Below are positions 25,816 through 36,660 of a DNA stretch of 64,000 bases, piece by piece; the stretch's first letter is position 1; every line of letters begins with the position of its first letter. The notes beneath the pieces were generated by a model. That model had not been told where the DNA came from, did not search any database, and saw only the letters and a program-made list of their open reading frames with translations. The DNA is from Eledone cirrhosa. Lineage: Eukaryota. The DNA is taken from assembly GCA_964016885.1 (NCBI GenBank), contig OZ024743.1, forward strand, positions 283,464,001 to 283,528,000. Direction: 5' to 3'. The translations under genes were made by a program, and so were the position numbers.

Positions 25816-26090
25816 TATGTATACATAAATTAGTTTTCAGTGTAGACAGAGTTTTTGATGATTTCTTCTCTAAACGAAACAGAACTAGTCCTATAAAAGT
25901 CACCTCTCAATAAAACAAAGTACCCTCTCTAATTGTTTTGAGTACTTTATTTTAATTATGGTTCACTTCTATTTTTTTCATAAAATATCATTCAAAATAT
26001 CATGCAAATGTCTGCGCGTGCCTCTGTGTGTGTGTGTATGTGTGTGTCTGTCAATATGTATATATATATATATACACACACACACATATT

Positions 26091-26346
26091 GGAGGCACAT
26101 GGCTTAGTGGTTAGAGCATTAGCCTTGCAATCGAAAGGTTGTGAGTTCAATTCTCAGACCGGGTGATGTGTTGTTTCCTTGAGCAAGACACTTTATTTCA
26201 CATTGCTCCAGTTTACTCAGCTGTAGAAATGAGATGATAGGGACTGGGGTCCCTATCATTCCACTGCAAAGTGGCCGTGGAGGTGCCACAGCAAAAAAGC
26301 ACCCAGCACTCACTGTAAATGAGGTGGGTTTTAGGAAGGGCATCCA
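26091..26346 (+). mobile_element. SINE family B, 5' part (split by the RTE; resumes at 30271-30367)
   Basis: ...aggaagggcatcca| then after the RTE atccagctgtaaaaatcaacccagaatcag...; uninterrupted versions at ~19610 and ~49440. Confidence 0.85.
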
Positions 26347-29300
26347 TCTACATTTTTTGTATTCATTAATTGTTAGATACGAAAGTTTTTGGTCGTATTG
26401 AACAGAACAAATTTTGTATTTTTGTTAATCGCTTGTTAAATGTGCAAGGACCCCATTCAATCATTACCTTCTATCTAGCTACCCAACACCCCTCCCTCCC
26501 GCCACCATTGCTATTACGTGGACCAATCATAAGCCAGAGCCCCCACGCATCACCAGTATTATTATTACGCGGACCAATCAGTAGCCAGAGGCCTATACTA
26601 TCGCTTGCCTTTCGATATATAATGGATGGATGGATGGACTGCGGAATCCTGGAAAGTGGAGGAGAGAGAGAAAAATCTGGACGCTCAGCGACAATGCCAA
26701 AGATAAAGACAAATTCACCTCTTGGACGAGAATGCGAGCACTCCTCATTGTTTCGACCGCGGACGGCTAACATAACCCCATCGCCCCCCGCCCCCCACCG
26801 CCCCCAACCCCCAAACGCAATCCAAAACTTCAGAGTTGGTACCATAAATGTAGGCACCCTAAAGGGTCGCGCTAACGAGGTTGTAGAAATGCTTGAACGT
26901 AAGGAGGTCGATGTTTGTTGTATTCAAGAGACCAGGTGGAGGGGTGGGTCTGCTAGATTCATTGAGGGTAAAAAACGATGTTATAAGCTTTTCTGGGTGG
27001 GAAACGACAATGGGCTGGGTGGAGTAGGAATCATGGTAGCAGAAAAGTGGGCAGATAAGATAATAGACGTAAATAGAGTGAACGACAGAATAATTAAAAT
27101 AAGACTTGTCCTCAATAGAACTACGGTGACAGTAATATCTGCGTACGCACCCCAATCCGGACTGCCCGGCACTATAAAAGACAGATTCTATGAGACACTG
27201 ATGCTAACTACCTCCCAAATATCCGACAGTGACTATATAATTATTGCAGGCGACCTAAATGGTCACGTTGGACAACATTGTGACGGCTACGACGAAATCC
27301 ATGGAGGCTATGGGTTTGGTACTAGAAATGAGGAAGGCTCCAGAATCCTGGAATTCTGTGATGCAAATAACCTAACTATCTGTAACACTAACTTCAAAAA
27401 ACATGACAATCACCTGATCACCTATAGATCCGGGGAACACACAAGCCAGGTAGATTATATCCTTACCAGAAGACGTGACAGAGTGTCTGTTGTAAACACT
27501 AAATCCCTCCCCCATGAAGAATGCACCTCCCAACATAGACTGATAATTAGCGACCTTAGCGACCTCATAGTCAGGACGAGACGTACTCGACAGCAGAAGA
27601 GGACTATCCTCAGGAGAAAAATATGGAAGCTAAAGGACCCCACAGCCAGGAATAAATTTCAAAGCATATTACTTGATGCTTTCGACAGTAAGGAAGAACA
27701 TTTAGAGTCGGACAATATAGAGGGAGAGTGGGAATTTCTGAAAGCAAACCTGCTGTTGGCGACAGACGAAGTCTGTGGCTGGAGCAGGCCTGTAGGCAGG
27801 AGGAGAGTAACATGGTGGTGGAACAGTAAGGTGGAGGGGTCAATTAAGGCCAAAAAGCAGGCTTGGAAAGTATGGTGGGATGGGGGAAGTAGAGAAGACT
27901 ATCAAGTGGCCAGGAGGGAAGCTAGGAGACAAGTGTACTTAGCAAGAAGGGAAGCTGAGGAAAGAAAGTTCAAGCATGTTCTACAACGCGATGACCAAAA
28001 ACGTGAGGTGTTCAGGATTGCTAGGCAATGCGTCAAGGAAAACCGTGATATTGTCGGGGAGAAGTGTGTACTAAACGACGATGGCACACTTGCCATCACC
28101 GACGCTGATAAGAAGGTAGCTTGGAAGTGTCACTATGAAAGGCTACTAAATGAGGAGAATAAATGGGAGAAAGACAGTCTCCCCCATATCGACCCAATAG
28201 AGGGACCAGCAGTGTTAGTCGAGGGGAGTATAATAAGTAAGGCAATCAAGGATATGAAGACGGGTAAGGCGGCTGGGCCTTCGGAAATAGTTGCTGAGAA
28301 TCTGAAGGCATCTGGCACGGTGGGACACACCATGGTCACCCGCATAGTTAACCAAGTCGTACAGAATGGGGTTGTTCCGAAGGACTGGCATAGCAGCATC
28401 ATCGTTAACTGTTATAAGGGTAAAGGAGACGCCCTAGATAGGAGTAACTATAGAGGCATTAAATTAATCGACCAGGTCATGAAGGTCACGGAAAAAGTAA
28501 TAGCGCAACTAATCAGAGAGAGAATTGACCTAGATGAAATGCAGTTCGGGTTTGTGTCAGGCAAAAGTACCACAGACGCTCTTTTCATAGTACGACAACT
28601 ACAGGAGAAGTACCTAGCTAAAGGTAAACCCCTCTACTTAGCTTTTGTCGACTTGGAGAAAGCCTTCGACAGAGTCCCCCGCTCCATTATCTGGTGGGCT
28701 CTTAGAAAACTAGGCGTTGACGAATGGCTTGTGAGGGCTATACAAGCCATGTATAAAGAAACAGTCAGCAAGGTTAGAATTAACAACGAATATAGTGAAG
28801 AGTTTAGCATAAAAGTTGGCGTCCATCAGGGCTCTGTTCTCAGCCCCCTACTATTTATTATTGCCCTTCAGGCTATAACAGAGGAGTTCAAGACAGGCTG
28901 CCCATGGGAACTCCTATACGCAGACGACCTGACACTCATAGCGGAATCAATGGCCGAGCTAGAGAAGAAATTCCAAACATGGAAGCACGGCCTAGAGTCA
29001 AAAGGACTTAAAATTAACCTGGCTAAGACCAAAGTTCTAGTTTGTAGGAAAGAAAACAAGGCGGCGGTCCCTTCTGGGAAATGGTCGTGCTCGGTGTGTA
29101 GGAAAGGCGTAGGTAAAAACTCCATTTTATGTCCTAAATGCAAAGTATGGGTTCATAAAAGATGTAGTGGGATCACAGGTAAGCTAACTAAGAACATAGA
29201 TTTTATATGTGGCCGGTGTTCTGGTGCAATAAGTAGCAGCAAGTGCCCACAAAATACTAGCTCTTTCAATTGCGCAGAGGGTTCTATAGAAATAGTGGAC

Positions 29301-30270
29301 AGCTTCCGTTACCTGGGCGATAAAATCAGCAGTGGGGGAGGGTGCTCTGAAAGTACTGTAGCTAGAGTCAGAACTGGTTGGAAAAAGTTCAGAGAGCTTA
29401 TACCACTATTAGCTGCTAAAGGGTTCTCCCTAAAAATGAAAGGCAGGTTGTATGATGCCTGCATACGAACAGCAATGCTGCATGGCAGTGAGACCTGGGA
29501 ATTGTGTGCAGAGGATATACGCAGACTAGAGAGGAACGAAGCTTGCATGCTCCGCTGGATGTGTAACAGTAATATACGTGAATGGCAAAGCATAAACGAA
29601 CTAAGGAAAAAATTAGAGATAAGAGGGATCAGATGTTGTTTACTCGAGAGAAGGCTACGTTGGTATGAACACGTGATGCGCATGAAAGTCGATAGCTGTA
29701 TAACAAAGTGCAGGGCAATAAAGATAGACGGTAGTCACGGAATAGGCAGACCTAGAAAAACCTGGGACGAGCTTATAAACTCCGACATCACACACTTACA
29801 CCTCTCCAAGACAATGTCACTGGACCGAGACCTTTGGCGGTACTCAGTAACAGAGAAGACCCGCCTTACCTAAATATATAGTAAAACCTACTCCAGCCAG
29901 TAGGCATCTCTAACAAAATACACCCCGTCCCACCACCACCACCCCCACCCCATCCACACCACCCCGTTCTATGTAAAGTTATGTTGGTGCCGCACCATCC
30001 AGGCCGAAACAAATGAGATCGTGTAGGTGTCACGACAAAAAAACACACAGTCCACGCTGTAATGTGGCCGTGTAGGCAACACGGTAAAAACCTCCCAGAC
30101 CCACACTGTAAATGTGGTTGGTGTTAGGAAGGGCATCCAACTGTAGAAAACCTGCCAGACAGTCCTATGCGAGCAAGACAATCACTCTTGCCTCAAGTGG
30201 GACTACCCCCGTCCAAACCCATGCAAGCGTGGAACACGGACGTTAAACGTTGATGATGATGATGATGATG
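26347..30270 (+). mobile_element. Full-length or near full-length RTE-clade LINE
   Basis: 5' region, single long ORF, C-rich 3' UTR, stem-loop ccatgcaagcgtgg, (GAT)n tail; apparent ATCCA target duplication (26342-26346 / 30271-30275). Confidence 0.95.
26370..29873 (+). CDS. RTE ORF: APE endonuclease + reverse transcriptase + PHD-type zinc finger (true start probably a downstream ATG)
   Basis: GTINVGTL, CIQETRW, SAYAPQ, GDLNGHVG, SQVDYIL; NYRGIKL, QFGF, FVDLEKAFD, GVHQGSVLSP, YADD, FRYLG; C-x2-C..C-x2-C..H-x2-C..C-x2-C; no stops. Confidence 0.95.
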   Translation: MLDTKVFGRIEQNKFCIFVNRLLNVQGPHSIITFYLATQHPSLPPPLLLRGPIISQSPHASPVLLLRGPISSQRPILSLAFRYIMDGWMDCGILESGGEREKSGRSATMPKIKTNSPLGRECEHSSLFRPRTANITPSPPAPHRPQPPNAIQNFRVGTINVGTLKGRANEVVEMLERKEVDVCCIQETRWRGGSARFIEGKKRCYKLFWVGNDNGLGGVGIMVAEKWADKIIDVNRVNDRIIKIRLVLNRTTVTVISAYAPQSGLPGTIKDRFYETLMLTTSQISDSDYIIIAGDLNGHVGQHCDGYDEIHGGYGFGTRNEEGSRILEFCDANNLTICNTNFKKHDNHLITYRSGEHTSQVDYILTRRRDRVSVVNTKSLPHEECTSQHRLIISDLSDLIVRTRRTRQQKRTILRRKIWKLKDPTARNKFQSILLDAFDSKEEHLESDNIEGEWEFLKANLLLATDEVCGWSRPVGRRRVTWWWNSKVEGSIKAKKQAWKVWWDGGSREDYQVARREARRQVYLARREAEERKFKHVLQRDDQKREVFRIARQCVKENRDIVGEKCVLNDDGTLAITDADKKVAWKCHYERLLNEENKWEKDSLPHIDPIEGPAVLVEGSIISKAIKDMKTGKAAGPSEIVAENLKASGTVGHTMVTRIVNQVVQNGVVPKDWHSSIIVNCYKGKGDALDRSNYRGIKLIDQVMKVTEKVIAQLIRERIDLDEMQFGFVSGKSTTDALFIVRQLQEKYLAKGKPLYLAFVDLEKAFDRVPRSIIWWALRKLGVDEWLVRAIQAMYKETVSKVRINNEYSEEFSIKVGVHQGSVLSPLLFIIALQAITEEFKTGCPWELLYADDLTLIAESMAELEKKFQTWKHGLESKGLKINLAKTKVLVCRKENKAAVPSGKWSCSVCRKGVGKNSILCPKCKVWVHKRCSGITGKLTKNIDFICGRCSGAISSSKCPQNTSSFNCAEGSIEIVDSFRYLGDKISSGGGCSESTVARVRTGWKKFRELIPLLAAKGFSLKMKGRLYDACIRTAMLHGSETWELCAEDIRRLERNEACMLRWMCNSNIREWQSINELRKKLEIRGIRCCLLERRLRWYEHVMRMKVDSCITKCRAIKIDGSHGIGRPRKTWDELINSDITHLHLSKTMSLDRDLWRYSVTEKTRLT

Positions 30271-30365
30271 ATCCAGCTGTAAAAATCAACCCAGAATCAG
30301 TTCCTGTCCCACCCTTGCAAGCAGGGAAAAAGCGGACGTAAAATGAAATGATGATGATGATGATG

Positions 30366-30399
<34 letters not shown>

Positions 30400-30465
30400 C
30401 ATCATCATCATCATCATCATCATCATCGTTTAATGTCCATATTCCACGCTTGCATGGGTTTGGAC

Positions 30466-30506
<41 letters not shown>

Positions 30507-32823
30507 AAGAATTTTGAAGATCACAAGAAATCAATTCATATCCACACTGATATCTTATTTCAGAGTTATAGAATGTTGGAGCCATCAGTTGATAAAGTGA
30601 ATATGTACCCATTTCAACTTGCACCAAAGAGTTTTCTTTTTTTGTTTTGTTTTGTTTTTTCTCTTTCAAATCAAATATTCTATCAAATAAATAAATCTCT
30701 GATACATAATAAAGAAATAATAATTTCTAAAATAAAATTCCAAATACTTTTTTTTTTATAGGAAAGACAGTTGGGTGTTGGGAAGAGGGAAGAGTTAAAG
30801 TGTAGTAGTATATCACTATCAAACTGTGGAGGTGTATAGCTTAGTGTTTAAACTGTCTAATGCACAATCATAAGCTCTTGAATTTCATTCTTAGTAATAT
30901 CAAGCCTTCCAGTGCTAAGTCGCTTTTGGGGCTTAAGTGCCTCCAGTAATTTGTTTCAGTATACTTGTGCTTTGGTTTTTACTAGACTGATCTTCTATTG
31001 ACTCTAAATATGTTAGAATAATTGAGTTTTTAATTTCTTTCTTGGTCTCATATCGGTGTGAGCTAATAAGAATAATGCACTTAAACAGTATATATACTTA
31101 ACCCACCCACCCCCATCCCAAAACTATAACAGAAATTCTGAACACACTGTGTCCTTGAACAAGACACTTGTCAGATCTGAAGCCAATCGCCAGAACAAAC
31201 CAAGGAAACTGTTCTCATTAGTCTTTCTATTATTGATACTATCTGTTAGTCACAACTCCTGGCAAAAGAGTCACAGGTTTTCTGGTGGAAGGAGGTGAGT
31301 TTTGAACTCAGAAAACACAGAGAAGGAAGAAACACCCTAAGGCATCTCAAACAACCTTATAACAATTCTGCCAACCTTGTGCCCCTGGACTGGTATTTTA
31401 TTTATCAACGCCAAAAGGATGAAGGTAAAGTTGACCTAGGCAGGATTTAAATTCATAGTGAAGAGAGGCAGAACTAATACCAAGGCATTTAATCCAATAC
31501 CTTAACAACTCAGCCAATTTGCTGTCTTGTACATGTAGATGCAGCATGTACACTATATATTCATGTAACCTATACACAAATGTACACTACTGTATAGACA
31601 TATACATAAATCATATGCATGGTTTAAACATATTTAATGAGCATTTAAAAATTGAGCCCATATTTCACATCTGGCCTAGGCCTGTTACCAGATGAGGACA
31701 GTGGATGGATTTCATATTCATGTGGCCCATGACTGTTACAAGCTTTTCACAGACTTGGACATAGATGTGATTGGTTTCAGTGCTTTTTATGAATAGACTA
31801 CTCCCCACAACAAAAGATCTTCCCACACAAATTATATCTTGGCTCATAAATGGACAAAGCCCTACAAATGTGTACTAAATAGCAGTAATATTTCACTTTG
31901 CACTGAACAACAGAAATATTAGCCTGTCTATTTGTTGGTACAGTAGGGTTCATTTGTATCAAACCATACTTTTACACTTGTCATAGTTGCTGTTATTGTT
32001 ATGGTTATGAAATGAAGCTATCATAACTTTATGGTTATGTGGCTCTGCATTTTTAACTTTTTTTTTATTTTTACTGAATAGGTACAGTCAACTTTTAGAA
32101 TACATCAAAGACAAATATGTAAAAAATTCTTCAAAAATTTTTTAAAAGTCATTTCACAAACATCTAGAAAAATCTATATTGAAAGAGCTTTCATTTTATC
32201 TTATTTTATTTTATTTCTATTTTATTTTATGCTAGTGTCTCTCCTTCTGTGCCACCCACATAAGACACAGAGCAATGAAGCCAACAGATTCCACTACACC
32301 CACATGTCTGCTGTAAGTTTTCATTGTGAAAGCTAATTCAATCATATTTGAACAATGTCAATTTAGTCAACAGATTTCCACTTTTAAAACCATTCAGTTC
32401 AACTATTTCCTCTCTGACATTTACAACATCAAATATATATATATATTTTTTTATCACTTACTTATTTTAGCATCGAAATAAGCTTTATAATTAAACGGAC
32501 TCTGAAAAAATCCATTGATAATGATGGTGATGATGATGATTATGGTGGTGGTGGTGGTGGTGGTGGGAATGAGGAATTGGAGAAGGAAGAAAAGAGTGAT
32601 TTTCAGAGTTATGCTGATGATGAGGATGATGATGATGATGAGAACGATGACAGGGGGCTGATAGTTGTGGTGGTGGCGGTGGTGGAGAGGAGGAGGAAGA
32701 GAATGGAATGGGGAGTGGGGAATAGAAGGAAGAGGGGGGATGGAAGAGTGGACGTGGAAGAGGAGTAGAGAAGGAGGACAAAGAGACAGAGAAAGAGAAG
32801 GAGGATGTGTATGTGTCTGTACA

Positions 32824-32916
<93 letters not shown>

Positions 32917-33279
32917 ACTTACAGCAGACAGGTGGATGTAGTGTTTAGATGTACATGTTTAGATTTGTATGTGTGCATAAATGTATACAATGACAATGAT
33001 GATGATGATGATGCTATGCATTAATGATATCATAAAAACAAGGTATCTAATATACTTTTTCTGAGCTACTAATAGAATGTTCATTGGTTAGTTGACATAA
33101 TTGGTACCTTAGACAACTCTTCTTGATACTTCACCTAATTCATCATTGTGTTTAGCCAGAGGAATAATATCCAACAAGTGGAATAAATGTCTAAAATAAA
33201 AACATTATCATTGTGTGACCAAAAAACCTAAAATTGGCACTGGTTCCACACTACAATACTGTTTATTTTAAAGTGTTTA

Positions 33280-33560
33280 TCATCATCATCGTTGTTACAT
33301 CCATTTTCCAAACTTGCATGGATTGGATGGTTCCTTTCCAGCATAGCATTTTTCCACTTGCCACATTCCTTCATCATCTTTGTGAGTCTCAGCAATTTAA
33401 GACCAGCTCTCACCACCTCTTCCCATGTCTTCCTTGGCCTACCTCTACTACAGCTTCCCTCCACTGGAATTACCTGGCACTTCTTACCTGGTGATCATCT
33501 TCCATGCACATCACCTGTTCATACCAACGCACTCTTCTCTCTTGCATACCACTTTGTATT
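33280..33560 (-). mobile_element. RTE 3' fragment
   Basis: EGSCSRGRPRKTWEEVV plus tail. Confidence 0.85.
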
Positions 33561-33568
33561 CCTTTTAA

Positions 33569-33732
33569 CCGTTTAGCATTTTAACTGGTCGTAACTGGCC
33601 CCTCATACCAACATTAAGGTATTCTTCTCAAAATTAATAATACCAAAATCTCATAGATTCGATATTATGTGAGATAAAGCCTTTACCACAAAAATACAAT
33701 AGTAAATATAGAATAATGTAAATGTTAAAGGT
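33569..33732. mobile_element. piggyBac-type MITE (family of 8760-8980), diverged
   Basis: TTAA flanks and shared interior aaggtattcttctcaaaat...gagataaagcctttacc...aatacaatagtaaatataga. Confidence 0.75.
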
Positions 33733-35443
33733 TTAAAGCCAGATTATGTGTACCTATCAAACCTTCCATCATAATTTGATGCAAGGAGGTTCATTAAATT
33801 ATGCCCCAAACACTAGAATAATAATGAGAAAATTAATTATGCTATTAAATCCCTTCAAATTCTTGATTATTTTCAAAATTAATTGAAAAGCATAGCCAGT
33901 GTGGTTCATTAGAAATAAGGTAACTAAAGAGTTAAAGAAAAAAAATCGGCTCAAAGCTCTGAATCAACCAATGAGAGTTTTGAAACTAATTTAACCTTTA
34001 TATTTTTTAATCTGCAAACTTTGGTACTAGACAACAACTAGGTCAATGGTTAGGTGGGGGCAGCCAATAATTAGGGGCCAGAAATGGGAATGGGTATAAA
34101 ATGGGGAATCTAAACATTCAAACCTGTTCTTTCAACACTTTTATATAATAGAAACAGGAAGTGGCGGAGAAAGTGAAAAGAAAAGGGATATGTGTAATGA
34201 TAACAACATGAGTTACATGATTGACAGGAAATATAGACACTGATTCAGTTGGCAGAAAAATGTAATCCTCTTAGCTTCTTGGTTTCTTGATGTGCTCCTT
34301 TAGACTGACAACAGCAAAGCTATTGAAGAGGGAGAAAGACAGACAGGAAGAGAGTTTTGTTTCCTGCACTTCACTGGATGTAATAAAAGCAATAAACTAA
34401 GTAAAAAGTAAAAAAATTACCTTTCCTTTAATTCTTTTGATACCAACCTTCTCGAAATTACCTCCATTTTTATAATACAAAACCTCTAATTTAAAGTGCT
34501 TATATTCAAATTTCAGCCTTCCATCATGATTTTATGCAAGAACTTTTTAAGCTGTTTCAAACACCAGCTTAAAAATGATAATTTTAATTAATTTGCAAAA
34601 TTTTACAAATTTCAAAGAGAGAGTGTGTATGAGTGTGTGTGGGATGGGAGTATAGGTGTGCGTGCACACCTATGCATGTAGCAGCATGGATCTGGCACTA
34701 TTTTACTTTTACAATTATCACCAACACTACCAAAACCATATTTCCAACAATTCAGACAATAATTTTTATATCTGAAAAGGATCATACTGCAACCCTTTAT
34801 AAAAATCCTCACAACTTGATATTATATAGCTTTCAGTTAGATATAGATAGCAATGTTCATTTACCATGGAAACTTGAATTAATCACCAGTGAGAAAAAAA
34901 AAATCAATTCAGAATCTTATTTTATATATTTATTTTCTCCTCTCACTTTTTTCCTTGTCAGAATATTTTATTATCATTTTTTTCTTAATTTCTCATCCAT
35001 TTCTTTTATTTATTTACTTTTCATTTCATTCTTGTCAAAGACAGTTAGATTCTAAATTCCCACAAACTGTTCTATATATGATTGTTCACATTGAAACAAA
35101 GTAGTGAGACATGTCATAAAAATATTACAGCATGCACGTTTATACATTAACATCATTTATCATAAAAAGCCTGCTGGCATTCTCATCTACTGTTTTGTGT
35201 TGTTTTGGTTTTTTGTTAATGTTTTTTTTTTTTTACATGTTATCTCATGCTGGAATATGTTTCAACCTCTTATTTTGATGATCATGATATGTATCATCAA
35301 TATCAGATATTATTGTTTTGATTGAAAGAGAAAAGAAATCATAAGGTTTATGTATAGATACAATATATGGTAATTCATGTGTTTATGTATGTATATGTGT
35401 GTGTGTGTGTGTGCGCATGTATGTATACAGGCATATATACATG

Positions 35444-35525
<82 letters not shown>

Positions 35526-35576
35526 TATAGTTAAATATACATATATACATTATATGTATAATGATACACATTTATA

Positions 35577-36022
35577 GGCTTTGATAAGTACCAATCAGTA
35601 CGAAACATAGCTCTGTCAGCTTTATCTCCCCCTGTTTGCTGAAAATTTAAAGTAAGTGAGACTGTCACTACTCTAAAACAATAGCATAAGGTCTTCAAAA
35701 TGCTTTTAATTAAGCATACAGTGTATTGCAAAATACACTATATATACATTCATATATATATCGCTATTTCAGAGCGCCAATTCTAATGTTCAATTTCTGC
35801 TTGACTGGCAACCGCTCTGTATAATCAGTTCCTGATTATTACTAGAAATTCTGTAAGAATCAAACATTCATGATTTTCAGCGAATAGGTGGAGTACTTGG
35901 CTTTGATAAGTACCAATCAGTACGAAACATAGCTCTGTCAGCTTTATCTCCCCCTGTTTGCTGAAAATTTAAAGTAAGTGAGATTGTCACTACTCTAAAA
36001 CAATAGCATAAGGTCTTCGAAA
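35577..36022 (+). ncRNA. Tandem type I hammerhead ribozymes (U3-A8 variant) in ~120-bp direct repeats, 322-nt period; retrozyme or pLTR-like
   Basis: GGCT-TTGATAA-GTAC caatca GTAC-GAA-ACA tagctc TGT-C-AGCT at 35577-35621 and 35899-35943. Confidence 0.7.
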
Positions 36023-36529
36023 TTATCTATACTGAAGTGGGTGATTTATGTATGAGTGTTCATAAAACATTCAAGCATTGACTGAGTGAGCACTCAATAT
36101 ATATATCAGCAGAATATAAGATATATTTTTTTAATAAAAAGGTTGCGTTGACATCAAAGTTTCAGCAAATGCCTCTTCTGCCTTCGAAGTCACTGCTACC
36201 TTTTTCTTCAGATAACAAATAAAGAGGTAGTAAATAAGATGAAAATGGAGGAGACATTAATTATTGATAAATAAGAAATTTTTATATATATACTCACAAG
36301 CTTCTTAAAATAAAATCTTGCTCACACTTATACATACACACACACACAATTAAATTCATTATATATGTGTATACTTTCTGCGTGTACACATACACACACA
36401 CAGTTACATACATTATATACATATATACTTTCCACAAACACAACTACACAATAATATATGATATATACTCATCCCCCAAACAGTTGGTAAGTGCACACAA
36501 CTTCTTCCTTACGTACCACCAGACCCTTA

Positions 36530-36628
36530 CTTCTTTGCCAGCCGTGGTTGTGGCAATACTAAGCTTAGCTAAGGCGGTTATATATTTCACAATACCTTAT
36601 CCCGTGCAACGCCGGGTACTACTGCTAG
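36530..36628 (+). mobile_element. Helitron 3' terminus
   Basis: GC hairpin cccgtgcaacgccggg (36601-36616) followed by CTAG|T at 36625-36629; 5' end not located. Confidence 0.7.
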
Positions 36629-36660
36629 TATATATATATATATATACTATATGTATATAT

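Noticed and set aside
26091-26165. tRNA gene
   Set aside because: A/B boxes belong to a multi-copy SINE head followed by a CORE-like body and LINE tail
31665-31860. Candidate minus-strand coding exon
   Set aside because: Weak splice sites and no recognisable protein similarity
36367-36660. N-terminal extension of the 384-aa ORF as a Helitron-RTE fusion gene
   Set aside because: Chance open frame through microsatellite and Helitron end; non-ATG start and no domain
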